64,000 bases of DNA, taken from contig JBKEHN010000001.1 in the NCBI GenBank assembly GCA_046710905.1, positions 4,930-68,929 of the forward strand, in the 5' to 3' direction. The stretch comes from Colwellia sp. GTDB taxonomy: Bacteria > Pseudomonadota > Gammaproteobacteria > Enterobacterales > Alteromonadaceae. Positions 10,987-20,398 of the stretch are shown in pieces; within the stretch, counting starts at the first letter, position 1, and every line of letters starts with the position of its first letter. The translations under genes were made by a program, and so were the position numbers. The notes under the pieces are model-generated. The model was not told where the DNA came from, did not search any database, and saw nothing but the letters and a program-made list of their open reading frames with translations.

Positions 10987-11022
10987 TGGTGCGTCATATA
11001 AATTTATAGGCGCACCGATTTT
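10987..11022. terminator. hairpin terminator between convergent manC and tag-like genes
   Basis: GGTGCGTC...GGCGCACC stem followed by a T-run. Confidence 0.55.
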
Positions 11023-11031
11023 ACTATTTAT

Positions 11032-11775
11032 CTACACTTCAGCTACTTGTACATAATTGTCACCACAAGAAAAAGCAATCAAGCGGCTAAGTTGCGTTAA
11101 GCTGTAGCCACTTTCATTTTTCAGCTTGTTAAAATGCGCTTGTATTGCCGTTAAACTTTTTTTACTTTGCAAACCACCATCAATGATCTGCTGCGCTCTT
11201 AAATACGCTTCCACATCACTGCTTAAAATGAAGGTATCTTTACCTAATAACCTCAATGCGTATGGACCAGTATTACCACCTAAGCGTTGACCATGTTTTT
11301 TTAGATACGCCCATAGACCAATAATATCTTCACTTGGCCAATCATTAATAAATTGTGCAAAGCTGATGTTTTTATCCATGGTGATATCAAACATCATCTG
11401 GGCATTGGCTTTAATCGTTTTTACTTTATTATAATTACGAATTATTTTTGGATCTGCGGCTTTTCGCTCTAACATTTCTTCAGGCATCATCAACATTTTT
11501 TCAATATTAAAATTGAAAAAATGCTCTTCAAAGTCTGGCCATTTGTTTTCGACCACACGCCAGACGAATCCAGATTTAAAAATTTGTTTGGTAAAGGCTG
11601 CAAGAATACGGTCATCACTTAATTCAGCAACATATTGCTGTGCTGCAGTATCATCAAGTAGTTTCTTACCAAGAATTTTCTTCCCTAATAATGCTTCTAA
11701 TGCCCTTACGCTACCTTTTCTTTCTGCAGCGCGTTTGAATAGAGCTCTAAATGTTTCAGGGTTATTTAAATTCAT
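11032..11775 (-). CDS. DNA-3-methyladenine glycosylase I family protein
   Basis: FKSGFVWRVVENKWPDFEE.F, IIRNYNKV and LKKHGQRLGG match the Tag-like family. Confidence 0.8.
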   Translation of the reverse strand: MNLNNPETFRALFKRAAERKGSVRALEALLGKKILGKKLLDDTAAQQYVAELSDDRILAAFTKQIFKSGFVWRVVENKWPDFEEHFFNFNIEKMLMMPEEMLERKAADPKIIRNYNKVKTIKANAQMMFDITMDKNISFAQFINDWPSEDIIGLWAYLKKHGQRLGGNTGPYALRLLGKDTFILSSDVEAYLRAQQIIDGGLQSKKSLTAIQAHFNKLKNESGYSLTQLSRLIAFSCGDNYVQVAEV

Positions 11776-12466
11776 AAGTGTATGTCATGCCTAGTTTATT
11801 GATACGACCATAATTATCATCGGATATAAAACCAAATAAATTAAGAGAGTGTCTTATATTAAATTTGTAACCCAAGCCAGTGCCAATCTAATTATTACTG
11901 TAATCATTAGAACCTAAACCACCGCCGCTAAAGGCTAATAACGTCGAGTGCTCGGTAATTGGCCATAGCACCTTAGCACCAATATATCTAACGTTACTGG
12001 TGTTTTGTTGCATCACAATACTATTTTCTAAGGTCGTTTCATCTGTAACCACGATTTCCCCAGTATTATGATTAAAACCAGCCATAGGAAAAACTATCCA
12101 TTTTCCTATATCAACACCGAGCATACTTAAGGGGCGAAATGTGCCCACCGCGTAATTATTTTTATGGCCATCATTATCGTACTCAGAACGGCTTAATGAT
12201 AAATTAAGTATACCAAAATTAAATAACCATGAGCCACCTAAACGCCATTCATTGGCATCAAAATTTGTTCTTGCATTAATTTTACGTACTTTATCAAGTG
12301 CTAAAGAGCCTAATATGCTTAAGTCATCTGTATAACTTAAACCTATTTTAGTAAGAACCTTTGTAGGGTCGTTTTGATTTTTTTTTTCAGTAGTCTCGTT
12401 AGCAACAGTGAAAAAACTTATTAATACAAATGATAGGGGAATCCAATAGCGCATAGTTGTCCTCAT
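11762..12466 (-). pseudogene. outer-membrane beta-barrel-like protein with a single internal amber stop
   Basis: Signal peptide; after TAG at 11888-11890 the frame continues IGTGLGYKFN...LGMTYTYEFK* to 11762. Confidence 0.7.
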
Positions 12467-12527
12467 TTATGTTTATTCTATTTTAGTATGAGGTAATACC
12501 TTTTGAAATAGAATAAGTACCTGCTTA

Positions 12528-14579
12528 TTAAACGTTAATACCGCTATGACGTAATAAAGCATCAATTTCTGGGGCTCGACCACGAAATTTTTGGAATAAT
12601 TCACTGGGTTCTTCGCTACCACCTTTTTCTAGGATATTTGTTAAGAATGATTGTCCAGTCACCTCATTAAAAATACCTTGTTCTTCAAATAAGCCAAACG
12701 CGTCAGCGGATAATACTTCAGCCCACTTGTAGCTATAATAACCAGCCGAATAACCACCACCAAAGATATGACTGAAACCATGTTGGAAGCGGTTAAATTC
12801 AGGTGCTTTTACTACTGAGTACTGAGTTCTCACATTATCTAAGGTTTGTTGAATATGTTTTTCATTATTTACTGCTGTTGGGTTAAAGCTTTCATGCATT
12901 GTAAAATCGAAAATACTGAACTCAAGTTGACGTAACATTTGCATAGCCGATTGGAAGTTTTTGGCGGCTAACATTTTAGTTAACATTGCTTGTGGTAATG
13001 GCTCGCCACTTTCGAAATGTCCAGAAATAAAGGCAAGTGCTTCTGGCTGCCAGCACCAGTTTTCTAAAAACTGGCTCGGTAGCTCAACCGCATCCCAAGG
13101 TACGCCATTAATACAGGCAACACTGCTAGCATTAATTTGGCTTAACATATGGTGAATACCGTGACCAAACTCGTGAAATAAGGTCACTACTTCATCATGA
13201 GTAAATAATGCCGGGTTTTTGCCTACAGGGCCATTAAAGTTACAGGTTAAATAGGCAACGGGGTACTGAATTGAATCATCAGATTTCTGACTACGGCCTA
13301 CGCAAACATCCATCCAGGCGCCGCCACGTTTTTTCTCACGGGCATAAAGATCTAAATAGAAACTGCCACGTTTGTTGCCAGTTTTATCAACTATGTCATA
13401 AAAGTTAACATCGTCATGCCAAACGTCAACTCCTTCACGCTGTTTGATTGAAAGGCCAAATAACTTATGCACTACTGCAAACAAACCAGTAACTACTTTG
13501 TCTTTTGGAAAATAAGGACGTAATTGCTCGTCTGAAATAGCGTAACGACTCTGTTTTAACTTTTCGCTGTAAAAAGCTAAATCCCAAGCTTGTAAATTGT
13601 CCTGTTTGAATTCGCTAGCAGCAAAATCATTAAGTTCTTTAAAGTCTTGTTGACCTTGGTGTTGTGATTTAATGGCTAAATTTTCAAGAAAGGCCATTAC
13701 TTCATCTGTGGTGTTGGCCATTTTGGTCGCTAATGAGTGCTGAGCATAGTTGTCAAAATCGAGTAAGTTTGCTAATTCATGCCTTAAGCCTAATAACTCA
13801 TTCATTATACTGCTGTTATCAAACTCGCTAGCATTAGGGCCTTGATCAGACGCACGTGTAACAAAAGCGGTATAAAGTTGTTCACGTAAGTCTGCATTAT
13901 CACAATACATCATTACCGGCAGATAACTTGGAATATCAAGGGTGAAGATAAAACCTTGTTGCTCTTTTGATGTCGCTAACTCTTTTGCCGCCGCTAAGGC
14001 GCTTTCAGGCAAGCCGGTTAATTCATCTTTATTGGCGATTGTTATGCTAAAAGCATGAGTAGCATCAAGTACGTTATTACTAAAACTTGAACTGAGTTCT
14101 GATAAGCGCGTTGCTATATCACCATAACGTCTTTTATCGTCATCATTTAATGCGATACCAGATAATTTGAAGTCGCGTAGTGCGTTGGTAATTACTTTTT
14201 GTTGAGCGATATCAAGCTGTTCAAATTCACTACCATTTTTAACGCTAAGGTAGGCTTGATATAAACCTTCATGTTGGCCAACAAAGGTGCCGTATTCAGA
14301 TAAAATTGGTAGGCAAGATTCATAAGCATCACGCAATTCATCACTACTCATTACTGAATTCATATGAGAAACCGGTGACCATAACTTAGATAACACATCA
14401 TCAATATCATCAATTGGCATAACTAAATTTTGCCAAGTATAGACATCATTATTAGCCAGAACTTGCTCAATAATTTCTTTGCAAGCACTAATGCCTTGCT
14501 CTACAGCAGGCTTTACATGTTCAGGTTTTATTTTTGAAAAGGCAGGTAGTTCGCTCGATACTAATAATGGATTGGTCAT
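12528..14579 (-). CDS. prlC: oligopeptidase A (M3)
   Basis: MTNPLL, KRGGAWM, HEFGH zinc motif, WDAVELPSQ, YSAGYYSYKWAEVLSADAF. Confidence 0.97.
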   Translation of the reverse strand: MTNPLLVSSELPAFSKIKPEHVKPAVEQGISACKEIIEQVLANNDVYTWQNLVMPIDDIDDVLSKLWSPVSHMNSVMSSDELRDAYESCLPILSEYGTFVGQHEGLYQAYLSVKNGSEFEQLDIAQQKVITNALRDFKLSGIALNDDDKRRYGDIATRLSELSSSFSNNVLDATHAFSITIANKDELTGLPESALAAAKELATSKEQQGFIFTLDIPSYLPVMMYCDNADLREQLYTAFVTRASDQGPNASEFDNSSIMNELLGLRHELANLLDFDNYAQHSLATKMANTTDEVMAFLENLAIKSQHQGQQDFKELNDFAASEFKQDNLQAWDLAFYSEKLKQSRYAISDEQLRPYFPKDKVVTGLFAVVHKLFGLSIKQREGVDVWHDDVNFYDIVDKTGNKRGSFYLDLYAREKKRGGAWMDVCVGRSQKSDDSIQYPVAYLTCNFNGPVGKNPALFTHDEVVTLFHEFGHGIHHMLSQINASSVACINGVPWDAVELPSQFLENWCWQPEALAFISGHFESGEPLPQAMLTKMLAAKNFQSAMQMLRQLEFSIFDFTMHESFNPTAVNNEKHIQQTLDNVRTQYSVVKAPEFNRFQHGFSHIFGGGYSAGYYSYKWAEVLSADAFGLFEEQGIFNEVTGQSFLTNILEKGGSEEPSELFQKFRGRAPEIDALLRHSGINV

Positions 14580-14604
14580 AAGGCTTAAAAATTAGTTTAT
14601 GTTA

Positions 14605-14639
14605 TAACTGATGTAAGACCTAAAGTGGCTTTATTCAAG
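14605..14639 (-). promoter_or_regulatory. sigma32-like promoter for prlC
   Basis: CTTGAA -35 on the minus strand with a weak -10; prlC is a sigma32 gene in E. coli. Confidence 0.45.
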
Positions 14640-14940
14640 GTAATTGAGACAATAGTTAAAATATAAATTTATGTAAACAGTGGTTTTTATATTACCTAAC
14701 TCTCTGTTAGTGTGATTTTATTGTCTCGACAGAGTAAAATTGTTAATGATAATTGTTTTTTAAGTCGATGTTTGTTTGTACAAATATAAACAAGTTATAC
14801 TTTATAACCCTTTTTATCTTTTTATAATTAATTACATTATTGAGTGATAATGTTTAAAAAATCACTTATTAAATAAAACGAAAACTATTTCTTTTATGAG
14901 CTAATGACTGAAAGATTATTCAACTATTATGGTTCTAATA

Positions 14941-14970
14941 CTTGAATAAAGCCGTTTCGGCGCCCACTTT
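14941..14970 (+). promoter_or_regulatory. sigma32-like promoter for gorA
   Basis: CTTGAA...GCCCACTT, close to the CTTGAA-N13-17-CCCCAT consensus. Confidence 0.5.
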
Positions 14971-14993
14971 ATCTTAAAACAACATCTTAACTA

Positions 14994-16382
14994 ATGAGTA
15001 AAACCATGACACAACATTTTGATTATCTTGCCATTGGCGGTGGTAGTGGCGGTATAGCATCAGCTAACCGTGCCGCAAAATTAGGTAAAAAAGCAGCCGT
15101 TATTGAAGCTAAGTACATTGGTGGTACTTGTGTGAATGTTGGTTGTGTACCTAAAAAAGCAATGTGGTATGCCGGACAAATATCCGATGCGTTAAAATAT
15201 GCCAATGATTACGGCTTTGGTGATCATCTAACTCAAGACTCTTCACAAGAAAAGCCTAAATTTGATTGGCCAAAGTTAGTCGCTAATCGTGAAGCCTATA
15301 TTGAACGTATTCATGCAGCCTATCAGCGTGGTTTTGATGCTAATAATGTTACTGTGATTGATGGTTTCGCTAAGTTTGTTGATAAAAATACCGTTGAAGT
15401 AAACGGTGAGTTAATCACTGCCGATCACATTACGATTGCCACCGGTGGACGTCCATCTTTTCCTAACATTAAAGGTGCTGAATATGGCATCGATTCTGAT
15501 GGTTTTTTCGCCTTAACTGAGCAACCTGAAAGTGTTGCTGTTGTTGGTGCGGGTTATATAGCGGTTGAACTTGCTGGCGTATTTTATGCGTTAGGTAGTG
15601 AAACGCATTTATTAGTGCGTAAAGAAAAACCATTACGTGGTTTTGACGACATGTTAAGCGATACCTTGGTAGAGCAAATGGCAAAACACGGACCAACGTT
15701 GCATAACCACAGTACACCAGAACGCATTGAACAATTGAATGATGGTCGTTTAGTAGTGCATTTAATAAATGGCAAATCTATAGGACCTGTTGATACCGTG
15801 GTTTGGGCAATTGGTCGTGAACCTGCTACGGATAATATTAATATCGAGTCAACGGGGATCGCGTTAGATGAACGTGGCTTTATTCCAACTGATAAATTTC
15901 AAAATACTAATGTTGATGGTATTTATGCTGTTGGTGATAATACCGGGCGCGCACAATTAACACCTGTTGCAGTAGCCGCAGGGCGTCGTTTATGTGAACG
16001 TTTATTTAATAATAAACCTAATGAACATTTAGACTATTCGGGTATTGCGACAGTAGTATTTAGTCACCCAGTTATAGGCACGGTAGGCTTAAGTGAAGAC
16101 GAAGCGATAGCTGAATACGGTAAAGAAAATATTATGGTTTATAATTCGCAATTTACTGCTCTTTATCAAGCGATTACTGATGACTATCGTGACCCAACTC
16201 GGATGAAGTTAATTTGTGCTGGCGCTGAAGAAAAAGTGGTGGGTTTACACAGCATTGGTTTTGGCAGCGATGAATTATTGCAAGGTTTTGCCGTGGCTAT
16301 GAAAATGGGCGCAACTAAAGCTGATTTTGATAACACCATTGCTATTCATCCGACTTCAGCTGAAGAGTTTGTTACGCTTTAG
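14994..16382 (+). CDS. gorA: glutathione-disulfide reductase
   Basis: [44 protein letters not shown]. Confidence 0.97.
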   Translation: MSKTMTQHFDYLAIGGGSGGIASANRAAKLGKKAAVIEAKYIGGTCVNVGCVPKKAMWYAGQISDALKYANDYGFGDHLTQDSSQEKPKFDWPKLVANREAYIERIHAAYQRGFDANNVTVIDGFAKFVDKNTVEVNGELITADHITIATGGRPSFPNIKGAEYGIDSDGFFALTEQPESVAVVGAGYIAVELAGVFYALGSETHLLVRKEKPLRGFDDMLSDTLVEQMAKHGPTLHNHSTPERIEQLNDGRLVVHLINGKSIGPVDTVVWAIGREPATDNINIESTGIALDERGFIPTDKFQNTNVDGIYAVGDNTGRAQLTPVAVAAGRRLCERLFNNKPNEHLDYSGIATVVFSHPVIGTVGLSEDEAIAEYGKENIMVYNSQFTALYQAITDDYRDPTRMKLICAGAEEKVVGLHSIGFGSDELLQGFAVAMKMGATKADFDNTIAIHPTSAEEFVTL

Positions 16383-16419
16383 TGGTCAATTAAAATATTA
16401 ACTGGCATGTTTTTAATGA

Positions 16420-17500
16420 GTTACTGCTAATTTATGTTCAATATTATAAAGCTTATATTTGTATAGTTTTATTTCATCAAGTTCATAGGTCCACTCCAAT
16501 GCTTTAACTAGCATTGCTTGGGCCTTGTTTAAGTTATTTTGTTTATACCCATCCCATATAGGCTTAGTTAAGATATGGGGCTTTTTTCAAAGCCTTCTTA
16601 AAGTAAAATTCAGCTCGTCTACTCTGACCCGTTTTTTGTGCCGTATAAGCTTCTCCTAATTATTGGTATAGATCTGGATCATCTAGTTGGTTTAGTTCAT
16701 TTTGAAGAGTATTTACTTCTTCTGTACGCTGTTGAGACTTGAGTAATATAATTACTCAATAGCGCGATACTATCTTCTCCCTTGTTTAGGCCTGCTTTAT
16801 ATATAGCCTCTGCTGTTTTTAAATCGCCCGATCTTCGCTGGATAACCGCTAATAGATTAATAACTGCAATGTTTTCATTATCAAATTGGTAAGCCTTATT
16901 TGTATATAAAAATGATTTGTTTAAGTCTTTTTCGGTTAACGCATCAGCGGTAATATTTTTATAATACATAGCTAAAAAAGTTTCATAAGAGAACATTTTT
17001 CCTGTTCGATTACTTTTACTTGGAAAATAATCGATGACTACAGCTGGATTGAAAAAATAAAAACGTCTTTTTCAGCGACAAAGGTAGGATCGTATATTAA
17101 AGTTTGTACATGTGAAGATGATAAAATCACATCATCTTTTTGAGTGAATATGGGTAAAGTACTTACTTTTTGATAAGAAAATTCTAGTCCTAAATATTTT
17201 ACATAAGCCGTGGTTAATGCGGTTAAGCTCATGCGATTTCGTTTATTTAACCGCATGGCGGTCGTTGCATCGTAATAGGTAAAGTTGACTAGTTTCTCCT
17301 TAAGTACTTCACTTAATACGTTTCATAACCCATTACTATTTTTTTAAAAAGAAGGCTATGTTCCCGTCAACTGTTGTTTTCTAAGCTAGATCTTAATTAC
17401 AAAGGGCTGTTATTAATTAGCAAACAAGCTAACAACAACTCAAGGGAATATAGCCAAAAAGAATAGAGAATTTTTGTTGTTCTAGTGTTATAAAAATATT
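16420..17500 (-). pseudogene. fragmented TPR-repeat protein (approximate limits)
   Basis: Successive short minus-strand fragments (17038-17256, 16697-16996) with TPR-like NLLAVIQRRSGDLKTAEAIY; many stops and frameshifts. Confidence 0.65.
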
Positions 17501-17961
17501 TTTATTATTCAATTGTTCGCTTCCTATATCAGAAAACAAGCTGTAATTTATCGGAATTTTTAGTTTGAAGACCTGGCTGAGGTTTGGTCATGTTTGAGCA
17601 AGAAGAAATAAATAAAACGACGAAAAAAGTTATATTTAACGGCATGTTATTCATTAATAACCCTTTATTTTTACTTGAAAATATCTATATCTTGTCTGTT
17701 AATATTAATTAGCAAAATATAGGTAGAAAGATAAGGTAACAGAAAAGTTGTGAAGAGTTCAATAAAACACCAAAACCAGAATTGAAGAGGTATTTATTCA
17801 GGAAGAGATATATGAAAAGATACCGAAAAATTGTAGAAGCTTGTCCAAAAAGATATTTTTTAGTAGGAGTATCATTTTTAAGCAGCTACATCCTTGTAAC
17901 TTGCTTGTATAAATCAATATTTTTAACATTAGCTGAGTGTTAGTGAAACAATGCTGATATT

Positions 17962-18402
17962 CTATTCTACCGTAATAGTTATCTTTTTAGACACAACCGC
18001 AGGCTTATGAGGAATGTGGTAATGATCGCCCATAATAAGCTGTAAAGTATGCTGACCTTTAGGTAATGTTAATGTTGTTTGAGTTTGTCCACCACCAAAG
18101 TGTTTAACATCGCCACCCATAGGCATATCAAACGCCGGAAGAGCGGCTTTATCAATCAATAGATGATGATGACCGGTATTTTTTCTCTCAATACCGGCGG
18201 GTGAAACGCCCATATCTTTTAAACCAAATATTACTGTAAACGTACCTTGTACTATTGCACCATCGGCAGGTGAAATAATGTAAACATTTGCAGTTGCAGG
18301 GGAAACTGATTGCGGCATACTACTAGCGTAAGCAAAGTCAGATACTAGTAGAGCAGGGATCATCGCTAAAGTTAATAGTGTTACATGGATAAATTTTTTC
18401 AT
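17962..18402 (-). CDS. DUF4399 domain secreted protein
   Basis: Signal peptide; VYIISPADGA, TGHHHLLID, HFGGGQT, HTLQL..GD. Confidence 0.85.
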   Translation of the reverse strand: MKKFIHVTLLTLAMIPALLVSDFAYASSMPQSVSPATANVYIISPADGAIVQGTFTVIFGLKDMGVSPAGIERKNTGHHHLLIDKAALPAFDMPMGGDVKHFGGGQTQTTLTLPKGQHTLQLIMGDHYHIPHKPAVVSKKITITVE

Positions 18403-19823
18403 AATATTACTCGTTAGTAGTGAATTAAATAGTTTTTTTATTTTTCTGACAAAAGTAGCTCAACACATTTGAGTACTCTATATCGACTAAAATTGGTACT
18501 CAATTTTAAAATTGAAATAGGTATCCGATTGATGGTAATTTCTCCCAATCTAAATTGAAATAAACAATCTCAGCCACTAAGCCCATACCAAAAGAAAAGC
18601 AATGCTTGGTAGCTATATTTACACCCAGCATAAATGTCAGTATTATACTACCAAAAATCTGTGTGATAGGTGATAATATAATATAATATAATTTATCACA
18701 ATCAGTAGCATAATTGTTAGAGTAATATTAATCACTAGTGGTGTTTAGTTCATAACCTAAAGTAAATACTAGTGCAATATTATCTTGGCTTGATTGCTCT
18801 GTATTAGCACCACAAAACTGATACTTGATACCAAGTTGAGTGGCGCAGTCTTCATCGTTGCGAACTGATATTTCTAAACCTTTAGCGGCAGTGATATTAC
18901 TACTAGCGAAACCATAAACCTCAGTACCATCCTAGTTATATAGGTATCCTCAATAGCTAGCGTTGTTCGGCTGCCATGTCTGACAGCCAAGTTAACTTTT
19001 AAAGGTTCACTGCTAGCTTCTGGGTTATCAAAGCGAGTTGTAGACATGGAGGCAGTAACAGGGCTAGAAGAGTGAGTAGATAAAAGTATACTTAACGATA
19101 AGCTAGTAAATAGAGTAGGGTATTTCATTAATATCGAGTCCTTTTGATATTATGCGGGCAAAGCTAACAAACTTAAATAATTAGCTAGATAATAATAATT
19201 CTTATTTTTAACGCTGTTTTTTACCGGTATTATATTCATGGTTTTCAAAGGAGAATATTAAAGAATTTAGCGCTAAATAGCCTGAACGCTCCTTAATAGA
19301 GATGGGGAGACAAACCAGAGTAGCTAAACTACTCTGGTTTGAATATACGAAATGACTAAGGAATCACGAAAAAAACATACAATGATTGATAGATCAGATG
19401 AGTATTTATAGTAAACTACTTGGCTTTTTATATATTATTACGAAATGATTAATAGGGATATTTAACTATTTCGTAACGCTATTATTCTACGAATTGTTGG
19501 CCACCATCTATAGATTATATAGAGATGTTTAAATATATATTTATTGCATAATTAAAAAGTACTACACTTTTTATGCTAAAGAATGATGGATATAAAATAT
19601 CACTGCTTATATCTATTAGTAATAAGTGAATAATTTATACTGATCCACCTGTTGCAAGAGACCGCTATTACTGCCTTATGTTTTTTAGTTATTTAAAAGT
19701 GTAAGTAATCTGTAAAATAGTTTAATAATACGCTGGTAATCACGCCAATTTCTGATAATCTCTTATCTCATTATTTTGCTGAGCTGATTTTTTGTACAGC
19801 TAATAAATAACTTGATAATAAAA

Positions 19824-19977
19824 TTATCCACATATGGTAAAAATAAAAAAATTATGTAGTAAAAGGCTTTTATCTAAAGTTTTTTTTAATTAAAACAAAT
19901 TGTTACGTTTATAAAAATAGATTTGTTACGGGCAAATGTTTGGCTGTTTTTCGTACTTGACCACAAGGTTATCCACA
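19824..19977 (+). promoter_or_regulatory. DnaA boxes upstream of polA
   Basis: TTATCCACA at 19824-19832 and 19969-19977, plus mismatched TTGACCACA at 19957. Confidence 0.65.
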
Positions 19978-20017
19978 AGCTATAACAATAAAGCACACTG
20001 ATAAAGTGGAGCCTACT

Positions 20018-20341
20018 TATACCTATTCCGTTAAGTTTCTTCCTATTCAGAGCTTGTCAGCGGTTTGAGAATAAATAGAATTTTTTGTATATAGTTACTC
20101 TATATTAAGGAAATTCTATGCAGTTATCTAATTGCTGACAAACTCCCAAAGGGCGATTACCTAATAAAAGGTAAAGGCTTACATACAGCGTTATTGATTT
20201 TAACAAGGACGCTGCACGGATGCAGCTTATTAGAGAGTGCAGGAGCTTATTCTCCTGAATATCATTATCTTCAATCAATGCCTTGCCTCTAAGCCTTTTA
20301 ACTCTCGCTGAATGGGAACAAACTTAATGGACTTGGTATTA
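20018..20341. mobile_element. ERIC-like MITE (type B ends) with internal AAGGACGC...GCAGGAGC module
   Basis: TATACCTATTCCGTTAAGTT ... AACTTAATGGACTTGGTATTA termini; similar to 31642, 35850 and 60340 copies. Confidence 0.85.
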
Positions 20342-20398
20342 TGCTTTGTGGCATGCTTAGCCATCTTTAGCTTAATTTAGTCGCTTCGCGTAATTCTT

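Noticed and set aside
5025-12466. Stop-codon reassignment explaining the in-frame TAA/TAG codons
   Set aside because: Core genes end normally at TAA and TAG, and other pseudogenes show frameshifts; ordinary decay is simpler
18420-19128. 84-aa ORF 18874-19128 and downstream fragments
   Set aside because: Probably a decayed secreted or outer-membrane gene, but I cannot assign a family
19824-19977. Replication origin suggested by DnaA boxes
   Set aside because: Only two perfect boxes, no GATC cluster or gidA/mioC context; a polA regulatory role is more plausible
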